From: the human T2T-CHM13v2.0 reference genome, Homo sapiens
Direction: 5' to 3' (one strand)
NCBI RefSeq assembly: GCF_009914755.1
Contig: NC_060928.1
Length of the DNA stretch: 64,000 bases
Part shown: positions 18,386 to 33,527 of the stretch, in pieces
Position numbering within the stretch: the stretch's first letter is position 1
Layout of the letters: every line of letters begins with the position of its first letter
Translations under genes and position numbers: made by a program
The notes under the pieces: model-generated
Database searches by the model: none
What the model saw: the letters and a program-made list of their open reading frames with translations, nothing else
Told to the model about the DNA's origin: nothing

Positions 18386-20009
18386 TTTAAAAACATATTA
18401 CTTCTATTGTGGTAAAATATACAAAGTTTACACCTTAACCATTTTAATGTAGTGCAGTGATAATAAATATATTCATCATGTTGTGCAACCACCACCATCG
18501 TCCATTCCCATAATTCTTTTCATCCCGTAAATCTGAAACTCTGTTCACACTAAATAATAACTTCTCTTTCTTCTTTCCCTGCAGCCTCTGACAAATACTA
18601 TTCTACATTCTGTCTCTATGATTTAGCCTAATCTATCTACTTCATATAAGCAGAATTATACAGTATTTGTCTTTTTCTGATTGACTTATGTCACTTAATG
18701 TCCTGAAGTTTCATTCACATAATAGCATGCATCATAATTTTCTTCTTTGAAAGGTTGAATAGTAGCTCATTATATGTATCTTTCCTATTTTGTTTATCCA
18801 CTCTCTGTGGACAATTGAATTGCTTCCACATTTTAGCCTTTGCTACTTCTGTGAACATGGGTATACAACTATCTCTCCAAGATCCTGCTTTTAATTATTT
18901 TACGTACATACACAAAAGTGGGATTGCTGAATTATATGATAATCCAGCTTTTAATTTCTTGAGGAACTCCATACCGTTGTTATCCACAGCAGCAGCTGTA
19001 TCATCTTAACATTTTCCCACCAACAGTGCATGAGTGTTCTAGTTGCTCATATCTTTGCCAACACTTATTATTTTTGAAGTTTTATTTTTATTGTTTTCAT
19101 ACACTCCTACTAGATGTGAGGCAGTAGTTATGATTTGCATTTTCCTAGTGATTAGTGAAATTGAGCATCTTTTCATGAGTTTATGAGGTATATGTATATC
19201 TTCTTTGGAGAAATGTTAAAGTCCTTGGGTCATTTTTGAATTGGGTTGTTTGGTTTATTTTGTTGTCCTCTTGAGGACTTCTCTACATTTTCTGGATATT
19301 AAACAGATATGTTATTTACAGATATTTCCTCTCATTCTTTGGATTGCCTTTTTAATCTATTGATAAAGTCCTTTTTCACACACTTTTAAAAAAACTTTTC
19401 ATGGAGTCACATTTGTCAATTTTTCCTTTTGTTGAGTGTGCCTTTAGTGTCATTTCAATGAAGTAACTGGCAAATCCAATTTCATGAAGCTTCTTCCATA
19501 TGTTTTCTTCTAAAAGTTTTACAGTTTTAGGACTTACATTTAGGTCTTTAATCCATTTTGAGCTAAGTTTTGTATATATACAATATTAGGTAAGAGTTCA
19601 AATTTACTCTTTTTCATGTGAATATTAAATTTTCCCACTATCATTTGTTGAAAAAATTGTTCTTTCTTCATTGAATGGTTTTGCCACCCTTGCCAAAAAT
19701 CATTTGACCTTATACATGAGGGTATTTTTTCTAGGCTTTCTATTGTATTGAATTTTTCTGTATATCTGTCTTTATGACAGTATCACACTGTTTTGATTAC
19801 TGTAGCTTTGCAGTAAGTTTTGAAATTAGAAAGTGTAAGTCCTACAGCTTTATTCTTCTTTTCCAATATTTTTTGGCTATTTGGGGTCCTTGAGATTCCA
19901 TAGGAATTCTAGGAAGAGGTTTTGTATTTCCACAAAACAGTCATTAGAGTTTAATAGGGATTGCATTGAATCTGTAGATCACTTTGTGTAGTATTGATAT
20001 AATTAACAA
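18386..20009 (-). mobile_element. L1MB-like 3' portion
   Basis: attgtggtaaaatat, ttgtgcaaccaccacc, ctgaaactctg, cacactgttttgattactgtagctttg. Confidence 0.88.
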
Positions 20010-20011
20010 AA

Positions 20012-20460
20012 ACTTCCAAATTAGAAAGAAGTGAAATTATCCCTATTCACAGATTATGTAACATTGTATATAGAAAATCCTGAAGATTCTACTAAAAAAA
20101 CTATTAAAATTGATCATTGAATTTAGCAACATGGCAGAATAAAATCAATACACAAAAATCAATTGCATCTATATACACTAACAATGAATAATCTGAAAGA
20201 AAATTATATAAACAATTTCTTTTACAATAGCATCAGAAAGAATAAAATGCTTAAGAATTAACATAGCCAAGGAGATAAGAGACATGTAAAATAAAAACTA
20301 TAAAACATTGCTGAAATAAATTAAAGAAGATATAGATAAATGGAAACGCATCTCATATTCATGGACTGGAAGACTTAATGTTTTTAGGAGGTAAATGTTA
20401 TCCAAAGCAATCTATTAATACGTATTGAATACAGTCCCTATCAAAATCCTAATGTCTTAT
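20012..20460 (+). mobile_element. L1M ORF2 segment in opposite orientation (probable inverted 5' part of the adjacent L1MB)
   Basis: gaagtgaaattatccctattcacagat...catggactggaagacttaat. Confidence 0.85.
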
Positions 20461-20719
20461 TTTATCATTTAAAAAAAGCTCATATCCTAAGATTGTTTCT
20501 AAATAATAAAAGTATGTAAAGAAAATCTCAAACTGATGACTCATGTGAATATGTAATAAAATTACTCGAGATGATTTTGCTGAGTATTAAATAGCTAGTC
20601 TAGAGATACCCAGGGAATGTAAAATGACTTTTACTTGAGGGTTTAATACCTATGATACCTAATTAATAGCCCTTTTCTATTCAGGTATGTGTAGAAACTA
20701 GAAGAGAAAAGATAACAGT

Positions 20720-21235
20720 TACCTGCACTTGCATATTTACAGCAGCACTAGTTACAACAGCAAACATATGGAATTAGCATAATGTCCATCAATGGAGAAC
20801 TGGATAACTGGATAAAGAAAATGTGATGTGTGTATACACAAATCATATACCATGGAATATTGCTCAACAATCAATAAAAGAATGAAATCATGTCTTTTGC
20901 AGAAACATGGATGGAACTGGAGGCCATTATCCTAAGTAAAATGACTCAGAAACAGAAAGTCAAATACTGCATATTTTTACTTATAAACAAGAGCTAAACA
21001 AAGGGTACACATGGATATATAGAGAGTATATAGAGTGGAATAATAGACATTGGAGACTACAAAAGATGGGAGGATGGTATCGAGTTGAGGGTTGAAAAAT
21101 TACCTATGGGGTAGAATGTTCACTCTTCAGGTGAAGGGTATACTGAAAGCTCACGCTTCACCACTACATGATATATGCATGTAAGAAATCTGCACTGTAC
21201 CCCCTAACTCTATAAAAATAAAAAGCACATTTAAG
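20720..21235 (+). mobile_element. L1PB4/L1MA1-like 3' end
   Basis: catggatggaactggaggccattatcctaag; cttcaccactac; tgcactgtaccccc; A-rich tail. Confidence 0.88.
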
Positions 21236-21247
21236 GAAAAATAAATA

Positions 21248-21571
<324 letters not shown>

Positions 21572-21689
21572 CTATCTCCATTAGTTGAAAGATAGAACAG
21601 AAAAAAGGAAAATGAATAATTTTATTAAAAAATTTAAGAAAAGCATATCTCCATTTATGCATAAAAATTTATGTAATACATTTGTAATA

Positions 21690-22281
<592 letters not shown>

Positions 22282-23096
22282 CTGATTTGCTCTTTACTTA
22301 CCCAAAAACCTTCAATGAAAAGAAGAAATAGTGACTTAAAAGAAGTAATGTGTAGAACAATCCTTTGGACCCATGAGAAGAAAATTAAATTGTTGTAGAA
22401 GCTGCTTCCAAAACTAATGCCAGTGACACTGGCAACACAGACACTCAGGAAAGTGTTTATTCTTATGTCTATATTTCATAAGATCTACTTCAGGCAACAA
22501 TTTCACCTGGTGTCTTTCCTGCCAAATTATATGTATTTTCATCATCTAAAACTATTTAGACAAATACCTGTAATCTTAGATCAGTATACTCCCTCAGATA
22601 ACCTAATATTGTCTTACCTGACGATGTGTTAGAATGTCAAATTCTGACAGAAGAGACAATTTTGAAGTAAAGATAGACCCATATTGTACGATGTATTTTG
22701 AAAATAATTTCTCAAACATCTTAAATGACACTTAATCACTTGAGAAAGTTATAAAATAGTAATAATAATTATTTCATAAGATTTTTAAGAGGCTTAAATA
22801 AGGAAAAACATATTATGGAATATAGCATAAGCTCAATAAATTTATTTTCTTTTTTTTCTCCTTAAATTTGTTAATCATCTTACTGGACTAATTAAACCCC
22901 TTATTCCAATCTTTGATTTCACCCTAGTTATTTGTTTGTTTGTTGTTTTGCTTATTAGTGAGTTGGACAGCCATTGTTCTGGTGCCTTTTTCACTAACTA
23001 GACTTGTAACCTACTGTAAATCTCTTCACTTCTTTGCAACTGAATGTATTCATTTGAAACATAAGCACACTGAAGCTTTTAATCCCTGGGATCCCC

Positions 23097-23252
23097 TTTT
23101 ATTTTCTTTTTTCTGAGACAGAATCTTGCTGTGTCCCTCAAGCTAGATAGGAGGGGTGTGATCTTGGCTCACTGCAATCTCTGCCTCCTGAACTCAAGCG
23201 ACCCACCTACCTCAGCCTCCCAAGTAGCTGGGACCACAGGTAGGCACCATCT
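23097..23252 (-). mobile_element. AluJ/FRAM right-arm fragment
   Basis: tgagacagaatcttgctgtgt...ctcagcctcccaagtagctggga. Confidence 0.85.
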
Positions 23253-23542
23253 TGTTCCAACGAAGAATGATTTTTTTCTAAAATAAAATGAGAATTAATA
23301 GCATATTAAGCACCAGAACATAAATGAGTGGGAAAAATAAGTATTCATAATAATGTAAAAGAAACTCCAAAGTCTAGAATAGAAGTATGTATAGAAGTAT
23401 TTTAATGCCTGAATGATGGGCTCTAACATGTTTAACAAACAGGCAGAAACAGGTCTTTTTAAAGGCAGCATTCAACAAAAGAGTTTATTTACCTGATTTT
23501 AACACTACAAACATAACTGTTAATCAAATAATCAGCTTGGGT

Positions 23543-23729
23543 TATGATTGCCAGATAATATGAGAAGTCCAGTTAATTTTGAATTTAAGACAAACAAGAT
23601 ATTTTAGTACAAGTATGTCCTATGCCATATTTGGTGTATACGTATACTAAAAGCATATTTGTCTTTTTAAATCTGAAGTCCAGATTTAATTGAACATCCC
23701 ATATTTTTATTGTAAATTTAGCAACCCTA
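23543..23729 (+). mobile_element. MER53 palindromic non-autonomous DNA transposon
   Basis: ttgccagataa...ccagttaattttgaattt...tagtacaagtatgtcc...tatactaaaa...gcaacccta matches recalled MER53 consensus and length. Confidence 0.85.
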
Positions 23730-24821
23730 ACAGAATTCACAAGATACATTATCTATATTTAATAATACATTAAAAATTTTCTAACTCAAGATTTCATTAA
23801 GAAAAATTAGCCGTTATCAGATAATTCATTCATCATTCATTAATTTATTATGTTAAAAGTGTCGCAGAAGTCAGATCTTGTGCTAGGTATTTGGATATTC
23901 CATATTTAACAAAAGACTATGGCATACCCTCATATACTTCATACAGATATACACCACAGAGAGAAGTGCCACAAGTAAAAAAAAAAAAAAAAGGATTTTT
24001 TGTATATCTTGATTGCCTCCAGTTACCCTTTACTGAGAAACTGGTGATAACTATTAACATTCATAAATTTTAAAAACGTGATTTCCTGAAATTCCACCAA
24101 GTATTTTTAGAATTATTGAATATATTCTAAACCAAGAAAACACATTAAAAGTCATTAAGTGGCCAAAATGGTAATATCCTAAATCTCTCTGGAAATTTAG
24201 AAACAGGTTCATCTCCTGATTATGGCAACAGCACTGTCACAGATTCTTGCCATTCTGTGTGCCTCATTATATTGTCATCCAACCACACTGCAGCCCTTTG
24301 TTTTATGGTCTTTATTGTTGACCATAGTTGTTTGTTCCGGATCTTTACTTGTTAACTCTAAGAACCATTGCATTGTACTTAAAAAAAAAAAAAAAAAGAA
24401 GAAGAAGAAAAAGAAAAGCACATCCTGTCTCTGTGACTGTCATTGCAGCACTTTCTGTTCTATGTGTCTACAGAGAACATATTTTCTGTGTCACAGGCCC
24501 CTTCTATGAGCTGTGGCTCTGGGAAAAAGCTCATAACTCCTTTGGTAGAAAGAATAACCTCTTAATTGGAGTACATTTTGGAAATAGATGTAGTCTTTGC
24601 ATAGAATTATAGAATTTCTTGTGAAACACCATTAAACTTATCTCTCACTATTCCTCTCCCCGATATTACTCCCCCACAAAACAAAATAATGCTGGATAGT
24701 CAATAACTTTATGTCTAAGATTCTTGGAGTTACAATGCCACAAACTGAAACTGCAGTTGTCACCAAACACTTCCAAATAGATTAGAAATGTTACTTATTT
24801 TAGAAATGTTACTTATTTTAA

Positions 24822-25121
<300 letters not shown>

Positions 25122-28100
25122 TGATTCTATGTTTAAAAGAGCAAAAGGCTATTGTTTCATCAATTTTCCGACCATTTTGAAAAATATGGTAATAAATAAT
25201 AACCAAATTTAATTATGTTCTTTCTTACACGTTGACTGAGTTAGTGTGGTAAAATGGAAAATGGAAATAGCTTGGAATGAAGAGACCATGTCTTTAACTG
25301 TAAATAACTGTAAGACATTTAGAAAATTTGTCATGATTTAGAGATAATGAATAATTTTCATGATTTCTGTTTCTCCATCTATTTCAATCAAAGGTGGGAA
25401 TGGTAGAAGGCAAGGGAAAATAGCGAAGTAGTTTCCAGTATAATCTAGTTGCTTTTCGCCTAAGCCTAAATTCTATATATTACATTCTAGTGATAAATGT
25501 CCAGGCTTCTTAAAAAAAAATCCCTTTTGGGAATTTATGAGTATGTGCACATTAATATGCTCTGTCTCCAATCCAATTCAAATGGATTCATTAAGTATCT
25601 ACCAAAGACTGAATGTGTATAAAGTATTAGTCTATGTACAGCATACTTTTCTCATTATTAACTGTAAGTAAACTGTTCTCTATTTTCTTATTTAGACAAC
25701 TGGAAGGCCATAACATCACCCCCTTAGTAAAGTTCAATTGTGACTACAAGTGCACAGTCCTAAGAGTGATACACTGAGGAATATTTCAGTGGCAGAAGAA
25801 TGTAACTTAGATAATCTCCTTCTTAGAGGAGTCTAGAAATTGTTATGGCTTCCACCCCATTCCCTTAAACATCCACAAATATCTTTGAGACCTTGCCACA
25901 TAATTAATCTTATCAGCTCTGCAAGATGCTGCTCTTGGAATGATATTTATATAGGCCATAATTATCTTACATATGTTTGGTTCTAGAGCAATTAAACTAC
26001 TGGAGATAGTGGGAAGGAGCCTAACGCTCTCATGAGTACAACAAAGTTGGGTAAAAGTGAGCTGAAATAGCAGAGAACGTTTTCTGAGATTTGTGAGTAT
26101 ACACGGTCTCATTATCGATTCCTCTTTGCATCATTCTCTCACCTTGACTGTCTTTGGCTTCCTATTTCTTGTTTCTGCAGTCCTCTGACCCTCATGTCAA
26201 TCATTTGCTCACTTCACACATTGTGATTCTTTGGCTCCCACTTCTGTCTGACCAGCCTCTGTTAACCATCTGCTGCCTTGGAATAAATACTGATTTCTGT
26301 CTTTACCTGATGAAAGCTTAAAGCTGCAGGTACTTTAGTATTTCACAAGTGCTCTCTTTCGCAGGTACCCTTCTTCAACATCCCAAATGATCAGTCATTT
26401 CTGATATAGGTAATAAATGTGTCAACGCTCTTTTTAAAGTGTTACATTTTCATTGCACTCACTATGGTCAGAAGTAATACCTCAATATCTGATATTGAAA
26501 TTGCTGATTTCAAAAGCCTCCATTCCTCTATCCACACATATGGGGGAATGAAGATAATTTCTGCACATATGCTGATCTTGTCCTTAGAGCTTCTCACACA
26601 TCAGGAACAAGGCCACTTTTTCCTTATTAGTGCAGCAAGCACCTGTCCACACATTGTGATTTTTAAAGAGTGTGAAAAGATCTTGTTGCTTCTCCAACAA
26701 TCTCTTCCCATGCCCGTAATTCCTCTAATTGGGCAAAGCCTTTTGTAAGAGAATGAATAAATGGCTGATATGAGATCATTTCCTAAGAAAAGGATTTAAA
26801 ATTTGAGAAGAACTAGAAAACACAAAGACACTCAGCAACGTGAACCTGAAGAAGAGGGGGGATATAAATGAGATGTTTCATAGAAAGGAAATCTTAATTT
26901 GAAAGAAGAAATTTGAGAACAGTAAGAAAATGATATGCTCTTCCATTTGTGATGGCTTTTTTTTTTTTTATTTTTTTTGCTTACCCAGTGTTGTTTTATG
27001 CCTCAACACCCTGGACACTGACTCCACTGCCAAAAGCACTCCTTAAATATAATTTAAATAAAATATCAAAGGAATTATACCCAATGATTGATTTATTGAT
27101 AGAGTGCTCCTCTTTGGCTATACTTGGAATTTTTTTTTTTTACTTGAGTTGACCTAAAGCATATTTTAGTATTCTTCCAATGCCTAGGATACGTGAACTG
27201 TTTCAGAATATGTACATAGGCACTTATAAGGGACAACTGAATAGCATTATTCCAAATGTCCTCAAATTAAAATGATTTATCAAGTTCCATGTTAAATTTC
27301 TCATTACATTAAGCTTTTATTTAGCAAAAATGTATATCAAATCATCAGGTTACTACAAAAATCCACTTAAAATAATTTAGTTTTATGTGATAAAATAAAT
27401 ATAAATCTGTGATTAACGCGTGTATTTACCCAACATTAATTAACTGAAAGTTAATAGATTGTTCTTACTAAACATCAATTGATACAAATAAACATTCAGA
27501 ATTATATCAATAGCATTGTCAGTTATAAGTTTAGAGAAAGACATAGTAAAATCAATCTCAGGGGAAGCTGGTGAGTCATAAAGGTAGAATAAATTGTTAG
27601 AAAGATGGTAAATGAGTTTAGCACCAAATGACTAGAGTACTGAGTGATCTACTTTACCAAATGGACAACAAAATAAACAGTAGAAGTCTGATGAGAGCTA
27701 AGGTAAATTTAGAAGACATACTATTTGAAACAAAAAGAGTATTATATCCAGACAGAAAATATAACATTTTAATAATAAATAAGTTATATGTATTTATTGT
27801 CTCTTGACAGTAGACAATTTGCCAAATCGTTTACAGGGTTCTAGAGCCAGAACTCTGAGTTGCACTCGAAAATTTTCCTACGCAGGATCATATTTAGGAG
27901 CAATCTTAGAGTATTAAAACTGAAATTTTACTGTCCCCTAAAAGGTATATTATATATTCCTTTTACATATATGTATATGTATCTGGCAATATCAGTGACT
28001 ATTTTTATATTTCAATGATTGTTTCAACTGCCAAATGTGCAAACACACTTTAAACATTATCTAAGGCAATACTTTGCTTTGTACCTCATCAGGATAAAGT

Positions 28101-31100
28101 AGTAACTTTTAAAAAATCTTTGTAACATATTAAGTAGAGGCTCAAATGAGTTACTTTTTAATCAATCCTTCTTGATTTATATGTCTTATTAATCTAGTTC
28201 AACTCAAATAACCACTTATTGAGGATAGGATCAATGAGAAACACTATGCAAGGTAAAGTGTTCTTGTATTTATTTTGAAACATGAAGGGTAAGAAAATTG
28301 TAGATGTTGACAGTAAAAACTGAACAAGGCTGAGAGTTTGAGAACGACTAATGTAGACATGTTTAGTTCACTGTCCCTTGAGGTCTCCCTGCATTCTGTT
28401 CACACCTTTAAAATTAGGCTGGTAATAAACCATCCCTAAATTATCCTAATGTGTTTGTCATCTCTTTCCACTTGGGACTAATACAATTACCCAAACAGAA
28501 ACGTGTTTAGGTGGCTGTTCTTCAGTGCCTTAAGCATTCTCTATTTCAGTGCCACAATACCATGCCATTTAAAAAAATAAGTCTCCTTAGGTCAAAGAGC
28601 CCCCAGTCAGATCAGAAATCTTCCTCATATAGAGAAGAAAAATATAGCATGTATTTAGGAATAAGAATAATAACATATTATAAATTATTGTAATAAATTA
28701 CATATTGCAAAAATGATATTTCAGTAAAGTATCCAAGTAAATGTATAGCAGGTTATACCAGGGCTTTAAAAACTATCAGTGCTTGTTAGTTTGGACATAA
28801 TTTTACTAAAAGTAAATGAAATAAATTGCATAAGCTCATATCTTGAAGATAGAACCGTCAAAAATGATGAAAATTTACTAATCTGGCTTCATTTTAATAA
28901 AATTGAAAATATCAATGACATATACATTGCTACATAATAAATTTTTAGTGAGCATTGTACTTTGATGTTGATTTATTTTCACTGTGAAAAAACAAAAAAT
29001 GTACTTTGTTTCTGAAAGAATCTTTACTTAAATATGCATAGTCAAAAAAAACTGAATTACTTTATAGATGACATATTTTAAAATAATGAAGATAATTAGC
29101 TATATAATGGAAGAAGTTCAACAAGAACTCTATTTTCCTATTAGTTTTGTTCTTCTATGTGATGTAACTCTTCTTATGATAGTACCATTTCTAAATGCTA
29201 TCTAATTGAATATGCTGACATTTATGAAAAGTGCTTATGTTAGTTTTTACTTGCAATGAACTTTCTTTGCATTAGAGTTTAATAAAAGACAGCAGATTAG
29301 TTGGACAAGTGACTAGTGTTAAAATGTAACTCTAATAAACATATTTATTGTCTTTTAAATGGACTGTTGCCAGAAATAGTGTACAAATGTGCCTATCTTT
29401 ATGAATACTCAACAGCTTTTACAAGTACTTCTGTAGTTTACTGAGCTACCTTACTTTACAAGAAAATACAGTGATTTTTTTTTTTCTCCCTACAATTTGC
29501 AGAGACAACCTGTTTATCTTGGCATCTGACTCACTCCTTCCACTACCCAGATCTTGCATTTTCAATGTAATCTTCTACCCCACCACCTAAAAATAAGAGA
29601 GACATTTATTCAACATATAATATGATTTTCACTTTTCCATCTTTACTTATCTTCTTTCTTCTGTCTGAAATATATTTTGCTGACTTCTTTGATACTCAAA
29701 GTAAAATCTTCCTTCAACCACCAATTCAATATTATTTCCACTAAGTATACCTTCTGATCATCTCAGTCGAGTAATTTTTTTCTATTATTTGTTCGTATAG
29801 TTCTTATGTTGTAATATTTACATGCACTGATCTTTTATTTATTTGTACACTTAATAAGTGTGTACCTGACTTAATCTTCACACTGAAGATGTGAAGGAGA
29901 TCAGAAAGATGAAATGAATTCCATGTACTCAAATGAGAATGGGTAGAGAATTAAGACGAAAGTGTAAATTGGGATAAGTGTTGGCACTCAAGTGTGAAGC
30001 TGAAGCACATAACTTCAATTCAGTAAACAAATTTGTCTTTATTTTGAACTATCACAGTATTTTTAAACTAAAGATTAGGAAAGAAGACCATTTCATATGG
30101 TGGACCATTTTGTACTACACATGTTGCTCCCCATAATAGTTGGCCCATAGTTGTCATTCAAAACCAGGATGCTAGATTTAACATATGGAAAAACATTGTT
30201 TACAAAGCAATTCACTGGAAAGGGCTAGTGAATCAATTATTTAAAAATTTAATGAATCTGAATATTTATTACTGAACAATTTAATTGCTATATTTCTCCA
30301 ACAATAAGAAAACATTTCTAAATAAACCAAAAATGAGTTTAAGATTCTTATATGAATATTCTCTCATTCCTTCTATCAGAATCTATTGTAATCACCCCTT
30401 CTTTTCACTAGAATAAAATGTTTTCAGGCTATTCATCAAAAATACCACAGCATCACATTAATTACACTTGGCAAACATAAAACATAAGTCACTTTTAAGT
30501 ATTAATTTTTTTCCCAAACATCACTATGAACTAGTATAATATTGTGCAGGTTTTACAGATTGTATTTAAGATCTATTTTTCAAACACTCAATATGTGCAT
30601 CTGGATCACTGCACCCAATATTGCATCACAAATATTGAAGCACAACTCAGTAGCTATGTTCCAGATATATCCCACTGACATTTTCTACAATGCAAAAAGG
30701 GTGACATCTGCTTCCCTTCTTATTCATTTTCATAAGAACATCCCACTTCTCTTTTTTTATATAAACCATCAATACATATTCTAAAATAAGATACAGCCTT
30801 CAGATGTAAACCCAAGAGTTCACAGACTGAAAGATCTGCTTCCACACCTGTATGTTTTTGGCAGAAAAATGCTTCATTTGGATAGAGAAAAAAATAGAGT
30901 GGGAGCCAGGAACAGTCATATAATGTGCTTTGGCAGCTTTTCTACGCCACCGTATTTTTATTTTTAATCTCTATGGATAATTCACAGAGAAAAAAATCTC
31001 CTAATGTGTTGCTGAAATATGTATTATATTGACAGCCAAAATGAAAACTCACTGTTTTCTTAAATATTTAAAAAGATGAAACTAAGATGTTATGGCATGT

Positions 31101-31766
31101 TAAAGTATGAAGAAAGAAACATATATTGCAAATTAATATTAAAATATTTTTCACATGCTCTTCAGCTCTAATAAGTACCAGACCTCACAAACATAAACTG
31201 TAACGACTAACAAGTTGTGCTGAATAGATTTCAGAGAGAGAGCGAAAGAAAAAAGTATGATTGTATGTATTTCAGGAGATTTCAAACTCTCCTTGATGTT
31301 TATTTGTTATTTCCACCTCATTTTTTATATAGTGTTTCAACTAATATTTGTGTTATGTAACCCAGATGTTAAAAAAGGTATTAAAATATGTTGCTTCTAC
31401 TTTCCTCCCTCTCTCTCTCTTCCCTTCCTCCTTCTTCCTTTCCTTAATTTATCTGAGCATTTCATGAGTATTTTCTATATACTATACCCATGCTAAGTGA
31501 AGGGTTTCAAGGCAGAATACAACTTATAATTAAGTGTAGGAAATTGACACTATTAAAGTAGATTTTTTAGAAGATGTATTCAAGTAGAAGTAAGATGATT
31601 ATACTCCTCCAGCTTAATGGATTAACACTCATGCTATCCTGGCCACTGTAGCCTCCATATTAAATAGTGTTCCAGGTTCACTATTGGCATGTCTTTTTTT
31701 TTAATCTAAGGATAGATGGATTTGGTCATAATTTCATAGTCTTTTTCTTTCACAATATGTTTCCTT

Positions 31767-32098
31767 TTTCTTATTTGTTTGTTTGTTTTTGCTTTTGTTT
31801 TTTTTGAGACAGAGTCTCACCCTGTTGCCATGGCTGGAATGCAGGGGTGCAGTCTAGGCTCACTGCAACCTCTGCCTCCCAGGCTCAAGTGATTCTCCTG
31901 CCTCAGCCTCCAGACTAGCTGGAACTACAATCACATGCCACCAAACCAGGTTAATTTTTATATTCTCTACCAGACATAGAGACGGGGTTTCATCATGTTG
32001 CCCAGGCTGATCTCCAACCCCTGAGCTCAGGTAATCTGCCCACCTCAGCCTCCCAAAGTGCTGAGATGAGCCTTCTGTCTGAGCCACAGTGTCTGGCC
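31767..32098 (-). mobile_element. Alu (J/S-like)
   Basis: Antisense dimer with (TTTG)n tail. Confidence 0.93.
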
Positions 32099-32545
32099 AC
32101 AGAATGTTTATTTTAACCTTTTTTTTGTTTTACATAATATAAGAAAATTATGCATTTTTTTCTAATCACCTAATGTAGGGTACACCTGCCAAAGTCATGC
32201 ATTTTTGTCAAGATTTTGAGAACGTCCATCTCCATCACAAACTTCTCCAGTGATTTCTGGCAGTCTGTAGCTCACCAGAAACCAAGAGCAAACAAATTAT
32301 TGAGTTGATTGGTTGGAAATTCCAGAAACAATATTCCATAATTACACTCATTTGCTTTATATGACTAATTGCTGCCAATTCCCCTCTTTCTTTAGATAAT
32401 CCTTCCCCCTAAGCCACCGCACCTAGCACTTTTCATGTATATGGTTTGAGCTATCATATTGATGGAAAATACTAATAAAAATATTTCCAATGGGAAGAAA
32501 GTTTCAAAAGCATTGGGATTTGAAGGATTGCATACATTGCACCCT

Positions 32546-33033
32546 TGTTTTATTTTGTTTTGTTTTGCTTTGCTTTGTTTTTATTATTATTATTATTTTT
32601 ATTATACATTAAGTTTGGGTGTACATTTGCAGAATGTGCAGTTTTGTTACATAGGTATAAAGGTGCCAGGCTGGTTTGCTGCACCCATCAACCCACCATC
32701 TACATTAGGTATTTCTCCTAATGTTACCCCTCCCCTAGCCCCCCACCCCCCGACAGGCCCCAGTGTGTGATGTTCCCCTCCCTATGTCCATGTGTTCTCA
32801 TTTTTCAACTCCCACTTATGAGTGAGAACATGTGGTGTTTGGTTTTCTGCTCTTTTGATAGTTTGCTGAGATTGCTGGTTTCCAGCTTCACCCATGTCCC
32901 TGCAAAGGACATGAACTCATCCTTTTTTATGGCTGCATAGTATTCCATGGTGTATATGTGCCACATTTTCTTTATCCAGTCTATCATTGATGGGCATTTG
33001 GGTTGGTTCCAAGTCTTTGCTATTGTGAACAGC
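32546..33033 (-). mobile_element. L1PA (about PA7/8) 3' end, 5'-truncated
   Basis: ORF 32805-33212 contains the ORF2 C-terminus (TIAKTWNQPKCPS); L1PA 3'UTR; TTA/TTTTG tail. Confidence 0.95.
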
Positions 33034-33051
33034 ATAGAACAACCCTTCTTA

Positions 33052-33064
33052 ATTTTCTTTTCTC

Positions 33065-33112
<48 letters not shown>

Positions 33113-33421
33113 TCCTTCTTTCTTTCCTTCCTTCCTTCCTTCCCTCCTTCCTTCCTTCCTTCTTTCTCTCTCTTTCTTTCTTTCTTTTTCTTTCTTTCTG
33201 ACAGAGCCTCACACTGTCACCCAGGCTGGAATGCAGTAGTGTGATCTTGGCTCACTGCAACCTCAGCCTCCCAGGTTCAAGCGATTCATTTTTGTATTTT
33301 TGGTAGAGGTAAGGTTTCATCATGTTGGCCAGACTGGTCTCTAACTCCTGACCTCAAATGATCTACCCACCTTAGCCTCCCAGTGTGCTCAGATTACAGG
33401 TGTGAGCCACCGTGCCCAGCC
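33052..33421 (-). mobile_element. Alu with internal deletion and tail expanded to (TTTC)n(TTCC)n (33052-33198)
   Basis: gcgattc joined directly to atttttgtattttt; TSD-like ccttcttaa on both sides. Confidence 0.92.
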
Positions 33422-33527
33422 CGCATCCTTCTTAAATTCTGCACCAAATAAAAAAACGATGGCATCAATTGAAGAAAAAAGAAAAGTCACCTTCATTCCT
33501 GATAGAGCTACTGGAGAACATACATAC

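Noticed and set aside
24222-24509. 95-aa ORF with hydrophobic N-terminus and poly-Lys
   Set aside because: Poly-Lys comes from an A-run; no recognisable family or splice structure
24782-24818. 18-bp tandem duplication (tagaaatgttacttattt x2); similar ~27-bp duplication at about 45866-45914
   Set aside because: Ordinary slippage duplications with no sign of function
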